This document shows positions 1-8,968 of a DNA stretch of 64,000 nt, one piece after another. Each line of letters starts with the position of its first letter. The stretch's first letter is position 1. Under the pieces are notes generated by a model, which made no database searches, was not told where the DNA came from, and saw nothing but the letters and a program-made list of their open reading frames with translations. This stretch comes from Dehalococcoidia bacterium (GTDB taxonomy: Bacteria; Chloroflexota; Dehalococcoidia; Dehalococcoidales; Fen-1064), in contig DUFD01000025.1 in assembly GCA_011171075.1 (NCBI GenBank), forward strand, positions 30,281-94,280, read 5' to 3'. The position numbers were made by a program, and so were the translations under genes.

Positions 1-698
1 CAGCCGATGCGGGGTCGAACGTGATGATAGAAAAACCCATTTCAAATACCCTCCATAGTGGCCAGGAGATTATAGCTCGGTGTCAGCAAAGAGGGGTCAA
101 TCTGATGGTGGGGCACGTGGAGAGGTTTAATCCTGTCTCCGGGGTACTGAAAAAAAGCATTTCCGGTCTGGATGTTATCTCCATCGATATCACCAGGGTG
201 GGACCGTTCCCGCCCCGCATCCGGGATGTCGGGGTAGTGATTGACCTGGCAGTCCATGATATAGACATTCTCAGGTATCTTACCGGTTCAGAGTTCCGTA
301 CGGTGCGGAGCCTGATAGGTAAAAACCTTGCTGGTGACAGAGAAGATACCGCACTTCTGTCCTTTGAGATGGAGAATGGGGTGCTGTGTCATGTAACGAC
401 CAACTGGGTCACCCCGTTCAAGGTGAGGGAGATAACGGTTGCCGCCAGGGAGAAGTTAATTAAGGGGTGGTTGGTAGAGCAGAAGGCGTGCGAGTACGAA
501 AGATATCAGGAAGATGGCTCTTACATTGTCAGGGAGTTGCCGGTACCTTATGGTGAACCGCTGGAGCTGGAACTGTCCGCATTTCTGGATGCCATCAGGA
601 ACGATGAGCCACCACCGGTGAGCGGCGAGGATGGGCTGAAGGCGCTCGAAATAGCCCTCAGGTGCCTTGAGCAGGGGGAGAAGCGGGTTTGCTCCTGA
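1..698 (+). CDS. Gfo/Idh/MocA-family NAD(P)-dependent sugar oxidoreductase (5' end cut by window edge)
   Basis: The frame is open back to nt 3. ADAGSNVMIEKP matches the family EKP motif, and the C-terminal alpha/beta domain follows. It lies at the edge of the glycan locus. Confidence 0.8.
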   Translation, partial: ADAGSNVMIEKPISNTLHSGQEIIARCQQRGVNLMVGHVERFNPVSGVLKKSISGLDVISIDITRVGPFPPRIRDVGVVIDLAVHDIDILRYLTGSEFRTVRSLIGKNLAGDREDTALLSFEMENGVLCHVTTNWVTPFKVREITVAAREKLIKGWLVEQKACEYERYQEDGSYIVRELPVPYGEPLELELSAFLDAIRNDEPPPVSGEDGLKALEIALRCLEQGEKRVCS

Positions 699-768
699 GA
701 GACGTGTTCTGGGGCCGTCTACGGGCTTCTGGGAGGCAGAAAAAACCTGTAAGAAGGCTGGAATGGCT

Positions 769-1572
769 TTACTCTTTTTTGGATACGATTCCGGAGATGA
801 TTATTACCCCCGCCCACGATTTTACTATTGGGATTTTTTCCAGTAACTTCTCTAAAAGCTCCATCAGGCCGTGTGTCCATATTGTCTGGGTGAACCTTCG
901 TTCGATGAACCCCATGAAGTACTTCCCCTCGACCTCTATGCCTGTTTCGTTAAGGAGACGGACAAGCTTCGCAGATGAGGGGACATCGTGCGAGATTCCA
1001 TGTATGCCCGGCGGCTCCAGCTGAAAAGCGTTTCTACCGGGGATAAACCTGAGTATTCTGTAATAGGCATTTATCAACTTACCTGTGACGGGATTATCAT
1101 TGGGTAGCGAGATAACAATCCTTGCCCCGTTTTTGCTGACCCGCACCATTTCTTTCAGGGCTCCGGGGATGTCATCCAGGTGCTCGATTAAGTTAACCGA
1201 ATATACGACGTCGCAGCAGGAAGACTGAAGTGGCAGGCACTCTGCGTCAGCCTGGACGAAGGTGGCTCTCCCGGAATTACTTTTTGCCAATGCCTTCTGG
1301 AGCATGGCTGAGGATATATCGATTCCATAAATTGCTTTCGATGTTTTCGACCAGTGGCTTGTGTAGATACCCGTTCCGCAGCCAATCTCCGCCGCAACTG
1401 AATTGGCATCAGATTTAGCCAGTTTTGCCATTAGTGCGGCACGTCTTGATATAAAGCCCAGTCGGAACCTGTTAGGCTTACCGTCGATTTCCCAGAGTTC
1501 TACGGAGTCGTAGGTTTCGCTGTAGATGTCGTGATATTCTTTTTGTACTGGTTTCTGCTCGGCCGTCTTCAT
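769..1572 (-). CDS. Class I SAM-dependent methyltransferase
   Basis: 267-aa ORF with SAM motif I EIGCGTGIYT and post-I/II motifs (DVVYSVNLIEHL). Confidence 0.85.
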   Translation of the reverse strand: MKTAEQKPVQKEYHDIYSETYDSVELWEIDGKPNRFRLGFISRRAALMAKLAKSDANSVAAEIGCGTGIYTSHWSKTSKAIYGIDISSAMLQKALAKSNSGRATFVQADAECLPLQSSCCDVVYSVNLIEHLDDIPGALKEMVRVSKNGARIVISLPNDNPVTGKLINAYYRILRFIPGRNAFQLEPPGIHGISHDVPSSAKLVRLLNETGIEVEGKYFMGFIERRFTQTIWTHGLMELLEKLLEKIPIVKSWAGVIIISGIVSKKE

Positions 1573-1763
1573 TTACGTCCTGTCGAATATTTTAGGGTGG
1601 GTCGATTTTAGTCCCTGCCAGTGTATTATACCGGTTCTCGCTGGAATATGCCAGAAGTCCAAAAAGTATATGATGAAAAACACTCTTGACACGAGATACC
1701 GTCTCCGTAGTACAATGAATGAAACACCTAAATTTGCCTGAACGTGGTGTCCGCACAAAAGAA

Positions 1764-2831
1764 ATGAAAATAGCCATTTTATTACCGACCTTTTCAAAGT
1801 TCAGCGGGGATGCCAGAGTAGCCGAGCTGCAGGTGGAGGAATTTACCGAAAGAGGTGATTCTGTGGCGGTATTTGCCTTGGAAGGGGACATATGTACGGA
1901 CGGCGCTGAGCTATTTCTTCTGGGGTCGCCCAAAAACTCACTCTGCCAGACGGTCTACCGCCTGTTGTTTTTCGTCGATATCATCAAGATTTTACGGTGG
2001 CTGCCCAGGCTGAAGAGCTTCGACCGGATTATCTGTCATCTCTATCCCATGACCTGGCTGGCCTGCCTGGCGAGCAAATTCTATGGCGTGGATTATACCT
2101 ACTGGAACCACGGCATAGTCGAGCCAGGGTTGTATTCCCACCTGCATGAGAGGCTCTATCTGCAGATTTCGAACCCGTTGACCAGGATTACGGTCAAAAA
2201 TGTTGACCGCGTGGTTTCCATCAGCAAATTCGCCGAGGACCAGTTCAATGAATACCTTGGCCCGGTTGCTAAGGCCAAATACGAGATTGTCTATAACAGG
2301 ATTGACAGCGAGAGGTTCCATAGCGGTATTGATGGAGCGGCAGTCAGGGAGAAACATGGTCTGGGCAACGACCCTGTCATGCTGTATATCGGCAGGATTT
2401 CGCCCCACAAGGGAATCCACCTGCTGATTGAGGCGTTTCATCTGGTTCGGCGGCAGGTCCCGAACGCAAGACTGCTGGTTGTTGGAAAACACAGCTTTAG
2501 CGACTATTCAAGAAAGCTGAAAGAGATGGGCAATGGCGTGGTCTCATTCGCGGGATACGTGGATGATGAAGAGTTGCCCTCTTACTATGCGGCGTGCAGC
2601 GTGTATGTTACCTGCAGTCTATGGGAAGGTTTTAATCTACCTATAGCCGAAGCGCAGTCATGCGGCAAACCGGTTGTTGCCTTTGACATCGGAGCACATA
2701 AAGAAGTTATTAATGCCGATGGCGTGCTTGTCGAAAGGGCGGACGTAGCCGGATTTGCCCGGGCATGTGTGGATAAGATCCTGGCGCAGAAGGGGGTTGA
2801 TGATGACAGGAGCAGGTCAGGTGGCGGTTGA
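1764..2831 (+). CDS. Glycosyltransferase family 4 (GT-B)
   Basis: Typical N-terminus MKIAILLPT. The C-terminal E-x7-E-like region is EGFNLPIAEAQSCGKPVV. The ATG at 1764 is preferred over the ORF-track start at 1719. Confidence 0.85.
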   Translation: MKIAILLPTFSKFSGDARVAELQVEEFTERGDSVAVFALEGDICTDGAELFLLGSPKNSLCQTVYRLLFFVDIIKILRWLPRLKSFDRIICHLYPMTWLACLASKFYGVDYTYWNHGIVEPGLYSHLHERLYLQISNPLTRITVKNVDRVVSISKFAEDQFNEYLGPVAKAKYEIVYNRIDSERFHSGIDGAAVREKHGLGNDPVMLYIGRISPHKGIHLLIEAFHLVRRQVPNARLLVVGKHSFSDYSRKLKEMGNGVVSFAGYVDDEELPSYYAACSVYVTCSLWEGFNLPIAEAQSCGKPVVAFDIGAHKEVINADGVLVERADVAGFARACVDKILAQKGVDDDRSRSGGG

Positions 2832-3459
2832 TAAGTTGGACGGTCAACAGCCGACCTGGAACGAGGTGTGGGAGAGTTCCGCCGGGTTGAACTGGTTCGG
2901 GCGTCAGCTCCAGAGGGCCCAGTTCAAGGCAATTGTATGGATGCTGGGTGAGTTACCTTTATCCAAAGATGCCAGACTCCTGGACCTGGGGTGTGGCTCG
3001 GGACGCAGCCTGGCTGATTTCAGGAAAATGGGCTATGCGAACTCCATCGGGATAGACATTGCCCCGAATTCAATCAAGGTCTGTGAGGGAATGGGTTTGA
3101 AGGCAGGGAAAGATGTCTTCCTTATGGATGGTACCAGTACCAGCTTCCAGAGTGGGGAATTCGAGCTGGTCTATTCCGGCGGCGTGATTGAGCATTTCCC
3201 CGATTTCGAGCCCTTTGTCAGGGAGATGACCAGAATCTCGAATTCCTATGTACTCTTGATGCAGCCAAATCACTTCTCGCTATTTCGCAAAGTGGTGGAC
3301 CTGCTCCGGGGAGTACCCGTGGACGAGTATTTTTATCGGGAGGAAGACTATACCGTCAGGTTCGAGCAGTACGGTTTTAGTCTTATCGGGAAGCGGGGTT
3401 GCCACTTCAATGAACAGTTCGCCCTCCTGTATAGAAGGAAACAGCTTGGAGAGACTTAA
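2800..3459 (+). CDS. Class I SAM-dependent methyltransferase
   Basis: Motif I LDLGCGSGRS and GGVIEHF. The start is taken at the tandem ATG at 2800, which overlaps the GT4 stop. The ORF-track start is 2755. Confidence 0.8.
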   Translation: MMTGAGQVAVDKLDGQQPTWNEVWESSAGLNWFGRQLQRAQFKAIVWMLGELPLSKDARLLDLGCGSGRSLADFRKMGYANSIGIDIAPNSIKVCEGMGLKAGKDVFLMDGTSTSFQSGEFELVYSGGVIEHFPDFEPFVREMTRISNSYVLLMQPNHFSLFRKVVDLLRGVPVDEYFYREEDYTVRFEQYGFSLIGKRGCHFNEQFALLYRRKQLGET

Positions 3460-4594
3460 TATCGGATTCCTATTCCCCCGTCTGAATTCGGCTTCACAGC
3501 TCTTTTTAAGGCAGTACCTGAGTCTGCTGCAACCCGTAAGCCGTGAAATTTTTATCGTTGCCAGCGATGCCGTCTATCGCTATGGAGATTGGCAACCAGA
3601 TTTTGCCCCCAAAGTAATCCAGGAACAACAGCCGTTTCTCCTCAGGGTAGTCATGACTCTCCTGATAGAGTTCAGGACCAGTCTGAACCTGCTGAAAATA
3701 CTGTCAAAGGTGGACGTGCTGTTTCTGAACTTCTCCATGGGGAATCTGTTACTACCGCAGCTAATAGCCAAGGTCTCGCGGAGAAAGCTGGTGTTGATAA
3801 CCGGGGGCACCACCTCGGAATGCGTCAGGTTCGGTTACGACGAAAACGGTCTTGGCTTTGGCAGGGGCCTATTCACCATGATGGCCCGGATGATAGAGTG
3901 GCTCAACTATACCCTGGCCGACCGAATCGTGGTCTTTACCGAACGGGAGATTGATAACAAGCCCGGCCTGAAAGCGAAACGAGGCAAGGTGCTGGTCTGC
4001 GGTGCCCGGTACGTTGATGATTCCGTTTTCAGGGTTGAGCGGAGCCTGGTACAGAGGGAAGACGTGGTCGGCTTCATCGGCCGTTTTGCCCTGGAGAAGG
4101 GGCTCAGGAACCTGGTTCAGGCAATACCGCTGGTACTGTCACAGCGTCCCGGTGTTAAGTTCCGGTTGCTCGGTGATGGCCCTTTATTGAGTGAGATAGA
4201 AAGGGAGACTAGAAACAACGGTCTATCTTCCTCGGTCGAAATATACAGGTGGGTCGCCCATGAACAGGTGACAGACTATTTAAATGACTTCAAGCTGCTG
4301 GTTATCCCGTCCTTTACCGAGGGTCTCCCTAACACGATGCTGGAAGCGATGGCCTGCGGGACTCCGGTGCTGGCAACTACGGTAGGCGCCGTCCCCGACA
4401 TCATCGAAGACGGCAAGACCGGATTCATGATGAAGAGCAATGAACCGGGCAACATTGCGGAGAACATCGTTAGAGTGCTTGCGCATCCCGACCTCAGCAA
4501 AGTGGCCGATGAAGGCCGTAGACTTATTGAAGGGGAATATACCTACGGGGCCGCACTTCACCGGTATAAGAAAATAATGGAATCAATCCGGTAG
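3410..4594 (+). CDS. Glycosyltransferase family 4 (GT-B)
   Basis: The donor-binding region EGLPNTMLEAMACGTPVLATTVGAVPDIIEDGKTGF is diagnostic. The start is uncertain (ATG 3410 or in-frame TTG 3446). Confidence 0.85.
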   Translation: MNSSPSCIEGNSLERLNIGFLFPRLNSASQLFLRQYLSLLQPVSREIFIVASDAVYRYGDWQPDFAPKVIQEQQPFLLRVVMTLLIEFRTSLNLLKILSKVDVLFLNFSMGNLLLPQLIAKVSRRKLVLITGGTTSECVRFGYDENGLGFGRGLFTMMARMIEWLNYTLADRIVVFTEREIDNKPGLKAKRGKVLVCGARYVDDSVFRVERSLVQREDVVGFIGRFALEKGLRNLVQAIPLVLSQRPGVKFRLLGDGPLLSEIERETRNNGLSSSVEIYRWVAHEQVTDYLNDFKLLVIPSFTEGLPNTMLEAMACGTPVLATTVGAVPDIIEDGKTGFMMKSNEPGNIAENIVRVLAHPDLSKVADEGRRLIEGEYTYGAALHRYKKIMESIR

Positions 4595-4602
4595 TCCGCA
4601 AA

Positions 4603-6756
4603 ATGAGATTACGAACGTTTTTACTGCTGTTTCTTTCTTTCATGGTGTTCACGAACGTCTCGGTGTTGCTGGACCTGCCGGTGCTACGGGTCATTCTTGG
4701 GGGTGTTTTTCTTACCGTGCTGCCGGGACTGCTCATTACCTTTATCCTGAAGCTGGATGAGATAGCACCCCTGCCGAAAATATTGCTGTCGCTGGGACTC
4801 AGCTACGCCTTTCTCATGTTCTATGGGCTGGCCGTGAACTCCATAGCCCTCGCTGTTGATTATACGACGCCTCTGGCAACCACCCCGCTGCTGATTTCGC
4901 TGGATATTGCCATAGCCGTACTGGCTGTCATAGCTTACCTGAGAAATAGAGAGGCCTTCCTGTTCTCGTCATTCAGGGTAAGTCTGGATACCAGGGAAAA
5001 AGTGGTGTATATCACCGCCCTGGTGTTTCCCCTTCTTAGTATCTTAGGGACGCGCCTCATGAATGACAGTGGCAATAACATTGTTCTGATGGTGATGCTG
5101 CTGACAATCCCCATGTACGTCATCACGATTGTTGCCCTGAACCGTAAGCTGCCGGCCAAGATCTACCCATTTACCATATTCATGGTAGGGGTGGCCCTTT
5201 TACTCATGTTTTCCCTGAGGTCTAGCTCGATTATCGGTACCGACGTCCACTGGGAATTTTCTTTCTTCCAGGCCACGGTCGATAACGCGCACTGGAGCAT
5301 ATTGAAGAACGACCCGCTGGATGCCTGCCTGAGTATTTCTCTACTGCCCGCCGTTTATCAGTCAATCTTGAATCTAGACCAGACCATATTTTTCAAACTT
5401 TTTTACTCAATGGCATTTTCTATTACACCACTGGCGGCTTACATAATATCAAGGAAATATGTAAGCGATATTTTCGCTTTTCTGGCTTCCCTGGTCTTCC
5501 TTTCCGACCGCGTATTTATCTGGACGGCGGCCAATACGCGGACCACCACGGCTATTATGTTTTTCGCCCTGGCGATTATGACCTTGCTGACCGACAGGAT
5601 TTCCCGAATGAACAAGAGGATATTATTCATAATTTTTGTGGCGTCGGTGGTGGTATCGCACTACTCAACAGCCAGCGCTTTCTTCTTGATGGGGGTCATC
5701 GGGTGGCTACTGGCGACCGCCCTTACCAGGAGATTCACGTTTTCGAAAGGCATGACCTTCAATTTTCTTTTCCTGTTTGGGTGTCTGATTTTTCTCTGGT
5801 ACAGTCAGATAACTGAGGGGGCTTTTTCCTCGGTGGTGGGATTTTTCGAAGAGACCATCCGCACTCTGCATGAGATTTTTATCGCTGAGTCCAGAGGAGG
5901 TGCCGTACCCGAAGTTCTTGGTGCCGGTTTTGCCGGACAGGAAATCGTCCGTAAGATACACATTATCACTGCCTGGCTGGTTGTAGGTGGTATCGGCCTG
6001 GGTGTTCTCTCGATAATCAGGAACTTCAGGGGTACGGTGTCAACTTCCGAAACAACAGGCCTTAAGTCTGTAACTATGAAGGGCAAGATGGATGTTGACT
6101 ACTTCGTCCTGGTACTGGCCTGTTGTGCGCTGATGGTATTCGTGGTGATTGTGCCCCAGTTTTCCAGGGGATTCGGCACCGAGAGGTTTTTTACTCTGGC
6201 GATGGTTATTCTATCGCTCATTTTTGTAGTAGGATGCCGGTCACTCTCCGGGGCTCTATCAAGACTACGTTTTGGTAAAAGATACCTGCTGGGCGGCCGA
6301 CAGTTAAACGCTTCTGTCATTGTACTGCTGGTCTGGGTGTCGTATTTCATGGCCGGGACCGGCGTGCTTTACCAGCTATCAGGGATACCACAGGAAATTA
6401 CCCTGAATTCAGAGGGCACTACCTACAACGCCTACTATATTCATCGTCAGGAAACTCTGTCAGCAGCCTGGCTGACAAGTCACGCTGTTGGTGCAGATGA
6501 GGTATATGCCGAGCCCGAGGTCAAGCTGCTGTTCAGGGATGTGATGGCACCGACGGCGCCGTTGCTGTTCAGGACGCCGGAGCTTTCCGAACTCGATGAG
6601 GTCAGCAGCTACATCTACCTGAGGTATCATAATATCGTAGATGGCCAGTGGTTTTATGACGTTAACCTGGCGCCGCTAGACTTCAGGGAATACCAGGGTA
6701 GTCTGGACATCAGGGACAAGCTCTACGATAACGGCGGTTCAGCGATTTACCGCTGA
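4603..6756 (+). CDS. Large polytopic membrane protein with C-terminal soluble domain; candidate GT-C/polymerase-like (DUF2206-like)
   Basis: 717 aa. Roughly 15 or more hydrophobic helices were seen by eye through residue ~600, followed by a hydrophilic tail. It is embedded among GT genes. The family assignment is from memory only. Confidence 0.6.
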   Translation: MRLRTFLLLFLSFMVFTNVSVLLDLPVLRVILGGVFLTVLPGLLITFILKLDEIAPLPKILLSLGLSYAFLMFYGLAVNSIALAVDYTTPLATTPLLISLDIAIAVLAVIAYLRNREAFLFSSFRVSLDTREKVVYITALVFPLLSILGTRLMNDSGNNIVLMVMLLTIPMYVITIVALNRKLPAKIYPFTIFMVGVALLLMFSLRSSSIIGTDVHWEFSFFQATVDNAHWSILKNDPLDACLSISLLPAVYQSILNLDQTIFFKLFYSMAFSITPLAAYIISRKYVSDIFAFLASLVFLSDRVFIWTAANTRTTTAIMFFALAIMTLLTDRISRMNKRILFIIFVASVVVSHYSTASAFFLMGVIGWLLATALTRRFTFSKGMTFNFLFLFGCLIFLWYSQITEGAFSSVVGFFEETIRTLHEIFIAESRGGAVPEVLGAGFAGQEIVRKIHIITAWLVVGGIGLGVLSIIRNFRGTVSTSETTGLKSVTMKGKMDVDYFVLVLACCALMVFVVIVPQFSRGFGTERFFTLAMVILSLIFVVGCRSLSGALSRLRFGKRYLLGGRQLNASVIVLLVWVSYFMAGTGVLYQLSGIPQEITLNSEGTTYNAYYIHRQETLSAAWLTSHAVGADEVYAEPEVKLLFRDVMAPTAPLLFRTPELSELDEVSSYIYLRYHNIVDGQWFYDVNLAPLDFREYQGSLDIRDKLYDNGGSAIYR

Positions 6757-7851
6757 TGTCAGTACCTCTTCGACCATACTGACGATGTTTTCCCAGCTAT
6801 AGTATCTCGCTCTGGCCCTGTTGTTTTCCGACATGGTCTTCCGTAAGTCGTCGGATTCAACCAGTAGCAATACCTTCTCGGCAATCTGCTCGGGGCTTCT
6901 CGGTTCGATAAGCAGTCCGTTCTGGCCGTCTTCAATAATCTCCGGCAGTCCATGGACATTTGTGGATACCAGCGGCAGTCCTGAGGCCATTGCCTCCACG
7001 ACAACGATACCGAAACCTTCGCTCAGGCTGGGAAAAACGAAGATATCCGCTGCTGCCAGATAGCCCGGGACTGCCTCGTTCGGTACCATGCCTGTGAAGA
7101 TAACGTTATTCTGCAGGCCTAATTCCAGGGTGAGTTGCTCCAGCAGGGGGCGGTCGGCACCGTCACCGACCATAACCAGCCTAACGTTGCTGGTATTCTG
7201 CAGTATGATGGGCATTGCATTCAGCAAGTAGACCAGGCCCTTGCTGGTTAGCAACCTGCCGACAAACACCAGCACCGTGTCCTTTTCTTTTATGCCCAGT
7301 TTATTCCGTGTGCCCTGTCTCAGCGCAGCGGCACCGGAGAACTGCTCAATGTCAATCCCGTTGGGGACCACGGTAATATCTCTCTGGTATGTACCTGCCA
7401 GTGTTGTAGCCATGTCCTGTGTGGATGCCAGCGCTGCGGCGGCATGTTTCAGGACTATCTTCGAGATTGTCCCTTTGAGCGGCCAGCGGAGGTATTCGTC
7501 ACCCTGCCCCCAGACAACGTACGGCTTTTTCAGCAATAGCTTAGCCAGATAGCCGCCCATACCCAGAATCATGCTTTGCACAAGAATTATGTCGGGGTCT
7601 ATTCTATTCAGACAGCCAAGAGGCCTTATCCAGAACAGTACGGCTCCCAGATAGCGAATCCTCATAATGCTGAGGCGGTGCAGCCAGAAGCCTTCCACGA
7701 TGGTTTCTGACGGCTGGCCTTTGTCCCGGGAGGTGATGACGTGTACTTCATGTCCTCTCTGTGCGAGGTGCCGGGCGAGATTGTAGGTGGCGATTTCGGT
7801 CCCGCCAAGCCACTTCGGCAGAAAGCCTCCCACCATAATGGCTATCTTCAC
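6739..7851 (-). CDS. Glycosyltransferase family 4 (GT-B)
   Basis: MKIAIMVGGF N-terminus and SEGFGIVVVEAMASGLPLVSTNVHGLPEIIEDGQNG. Its 3' end overlaps the convergent gene by 18 nt. Confidence 0.85.
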   Translation of the reverse strand: MKIAIMVGGFLPKWLGGTEIATYNLARHLAQRGHEVHVITSRDKGQPSETIVEGFWLHRLSIMRIRYLGAVLFWIRPLGCLNRIDPDIILVQSMILGMGGYLAKLLLKKPYVVWGQGDEYLRWPLKGTISKIVLKHAAAALASTQDMATTLAGTYQRDITVVPNGIDIEQFSGAAALRQGTRNKLGIKEKDTVLVFVGRLLTSKGLVYLLNAMPIILQNTSNVRLVMVGDGADRPLLEQLTLELGLQNNVIFTGMVPNEAVPGYLAAADIFVFPSLSEGFGIVVVEAMASGLPLVSTNVHGLPEIIEDGQNGLLIEPRSPEQIAEKVLLLVESDDLRKTMSENNRARARYYSWENIVSMVEEVLTSAVNR

Positions 7852-7960
7852 CTGATTGTCCTTTCACTGCTAAGGAGGGCAACTCGTATTCGGATGTCTG
7901 TACTCAGTATTCTATAACCTGAACGGCTTCAATCGCAAACACGTTACGCATGGTGATATA

Positions 7961-8959
7961 ATGAGTTTATCTATGAGAGAGGAACACCTCAGGTATCTGG
8001 TCTGCCCTCGCTGCTCGGGGGACTTATCCATAGCGCAGTTGAATAACGTTATCGGCGATTCCATTGAGAATGCGCAGCTACAGTGTTCGGGTTGCGGTAC
8101 CACTTACGATGTCATCCGGCATATCCCCAGATTCGTTCCCCTGCAAAATTATGCCAGCAGCTTCGGCCTGGAGTGGACCAGGCATTCGAGAACGCAGTAC
8201 GATAGCTACAGCGGGGCCAGGGTGAGTGAAGAGCGGTTTTTCAAGGAGACCGGCTGGCCTCGTCAGATGCCGGGTGAGACGATACTGGAGGTGGGTAGTG
8301 GCTCGGGTCGATTCACCGAGCAGGCTGCTTCAACCGGCGCCATGGTGGTTTCGCTGGACCTGAGCTATGCCGTCGAGGCGAACTATAGCTCAAACGGCCA
8401 CAAAGATAATGTTCTCATAGCCCAGGCCGATATCTACTCCATGCCGGTCAGGACGGACTTCTTCGACAGATTGTTCTGCATTGGCGTGCTCCAGCATACC
8501 CCTGATGTTGAGCGGTCGTTTCTGAGCCTGCCCAAGTATTTAAAAGTCGGGGGTAGCCTGGTGATTGATGTCTATCGCTATTTCTGGTGGCAGTATTTTC
8601 TCCCCGGTTACTGGCTGAGAGAGATTACGCGGCGGCTGTCGCCGGAACGTCTCTACAAACTGTGCCATATGTATGTAAGCTTGATGTGGCCGGTTGCCCG
8701 TCTTATAAACAAGCTGCCGAAGGGTAGATATATTAATCAACTGCTGCTGATTGCTGACTACCGTGGCGTCTACGACCTTCCGGAAAAAACGCTCAAAGAG
8801 TGGGCAATCCTTGACACCTTCGACGTGCTGTCTGCCTTTCATATCAAGCCACAGTCAATCGAGAGGGTGCGGGCGTGGTTTGCCAAGGCCGGGATGGAAA
8901 ATGCAGAAGTCCACTACGGTTACAACGGTATCGAAGGGCACGGCACAAGAGCCGTCTGA
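7961..8959 (+). CDS. SAM-dependent methyltransferase with N-terminal Cys4 (Trm112-like) zinc ribbon
   Basis: CPRC...CSGC ribbon, then motif I LEVGSGSGRF and GVLQHTPD. The true start may be the second ATG at 7973. Confidence 0.8.
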   Translation: MSLSMREEHLRYLVCPRCSGDLSIAQLNNVIGDSIENAQLQCSGCGTTYDVIRHIPRFVPLQNYASSFGLEWTRHSRTQYDSYSGARVSEERFFKETGWPRQMPGETILEVGSGSGRFTEQAASTGAMVVSLDLSYAVEANYSSNGHKDNVLIAQADIYSMPVRTDFFDRLFCIGVLQHTPDVERSFLSLPKYLKVGGSLVIDVYRYFWWQYFLPGYWLREITRRLSPERLYKLCHMYVSLMWPVARLINKLPKGRYINQLLLIADYRGVYDLPEKTLKEWAILDTFDVLSAFHIKPQSIERVRAWFAKAGMENAEVHYGYNGIEGHGTRAV

Positions 8960-8968
8960 AAAAAGCTC

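Noticed and set aside
689-1933. Short ORFs (689-1024 +, 1573-1797 -, 1592-1933 -) around the first methyltransferase and GT4 genes.
   Set aside because: They overlap better-supported genes or short intergenic DNA and have no motifs. 1573-1933 covers the divergent promoter region.
7957-7962. TATAAT (with an upstream TG) overlapping the annotated ATG of the ribbon-MT gene. This would suggest a leaderless mRNA starting at the second ATG (7973).
   Set aside because: Only a -10-like hexamer is present, with a poor -35 (TCGCAA). It could be coincidence, so it is kept only as a note on start-codon uncertainty.
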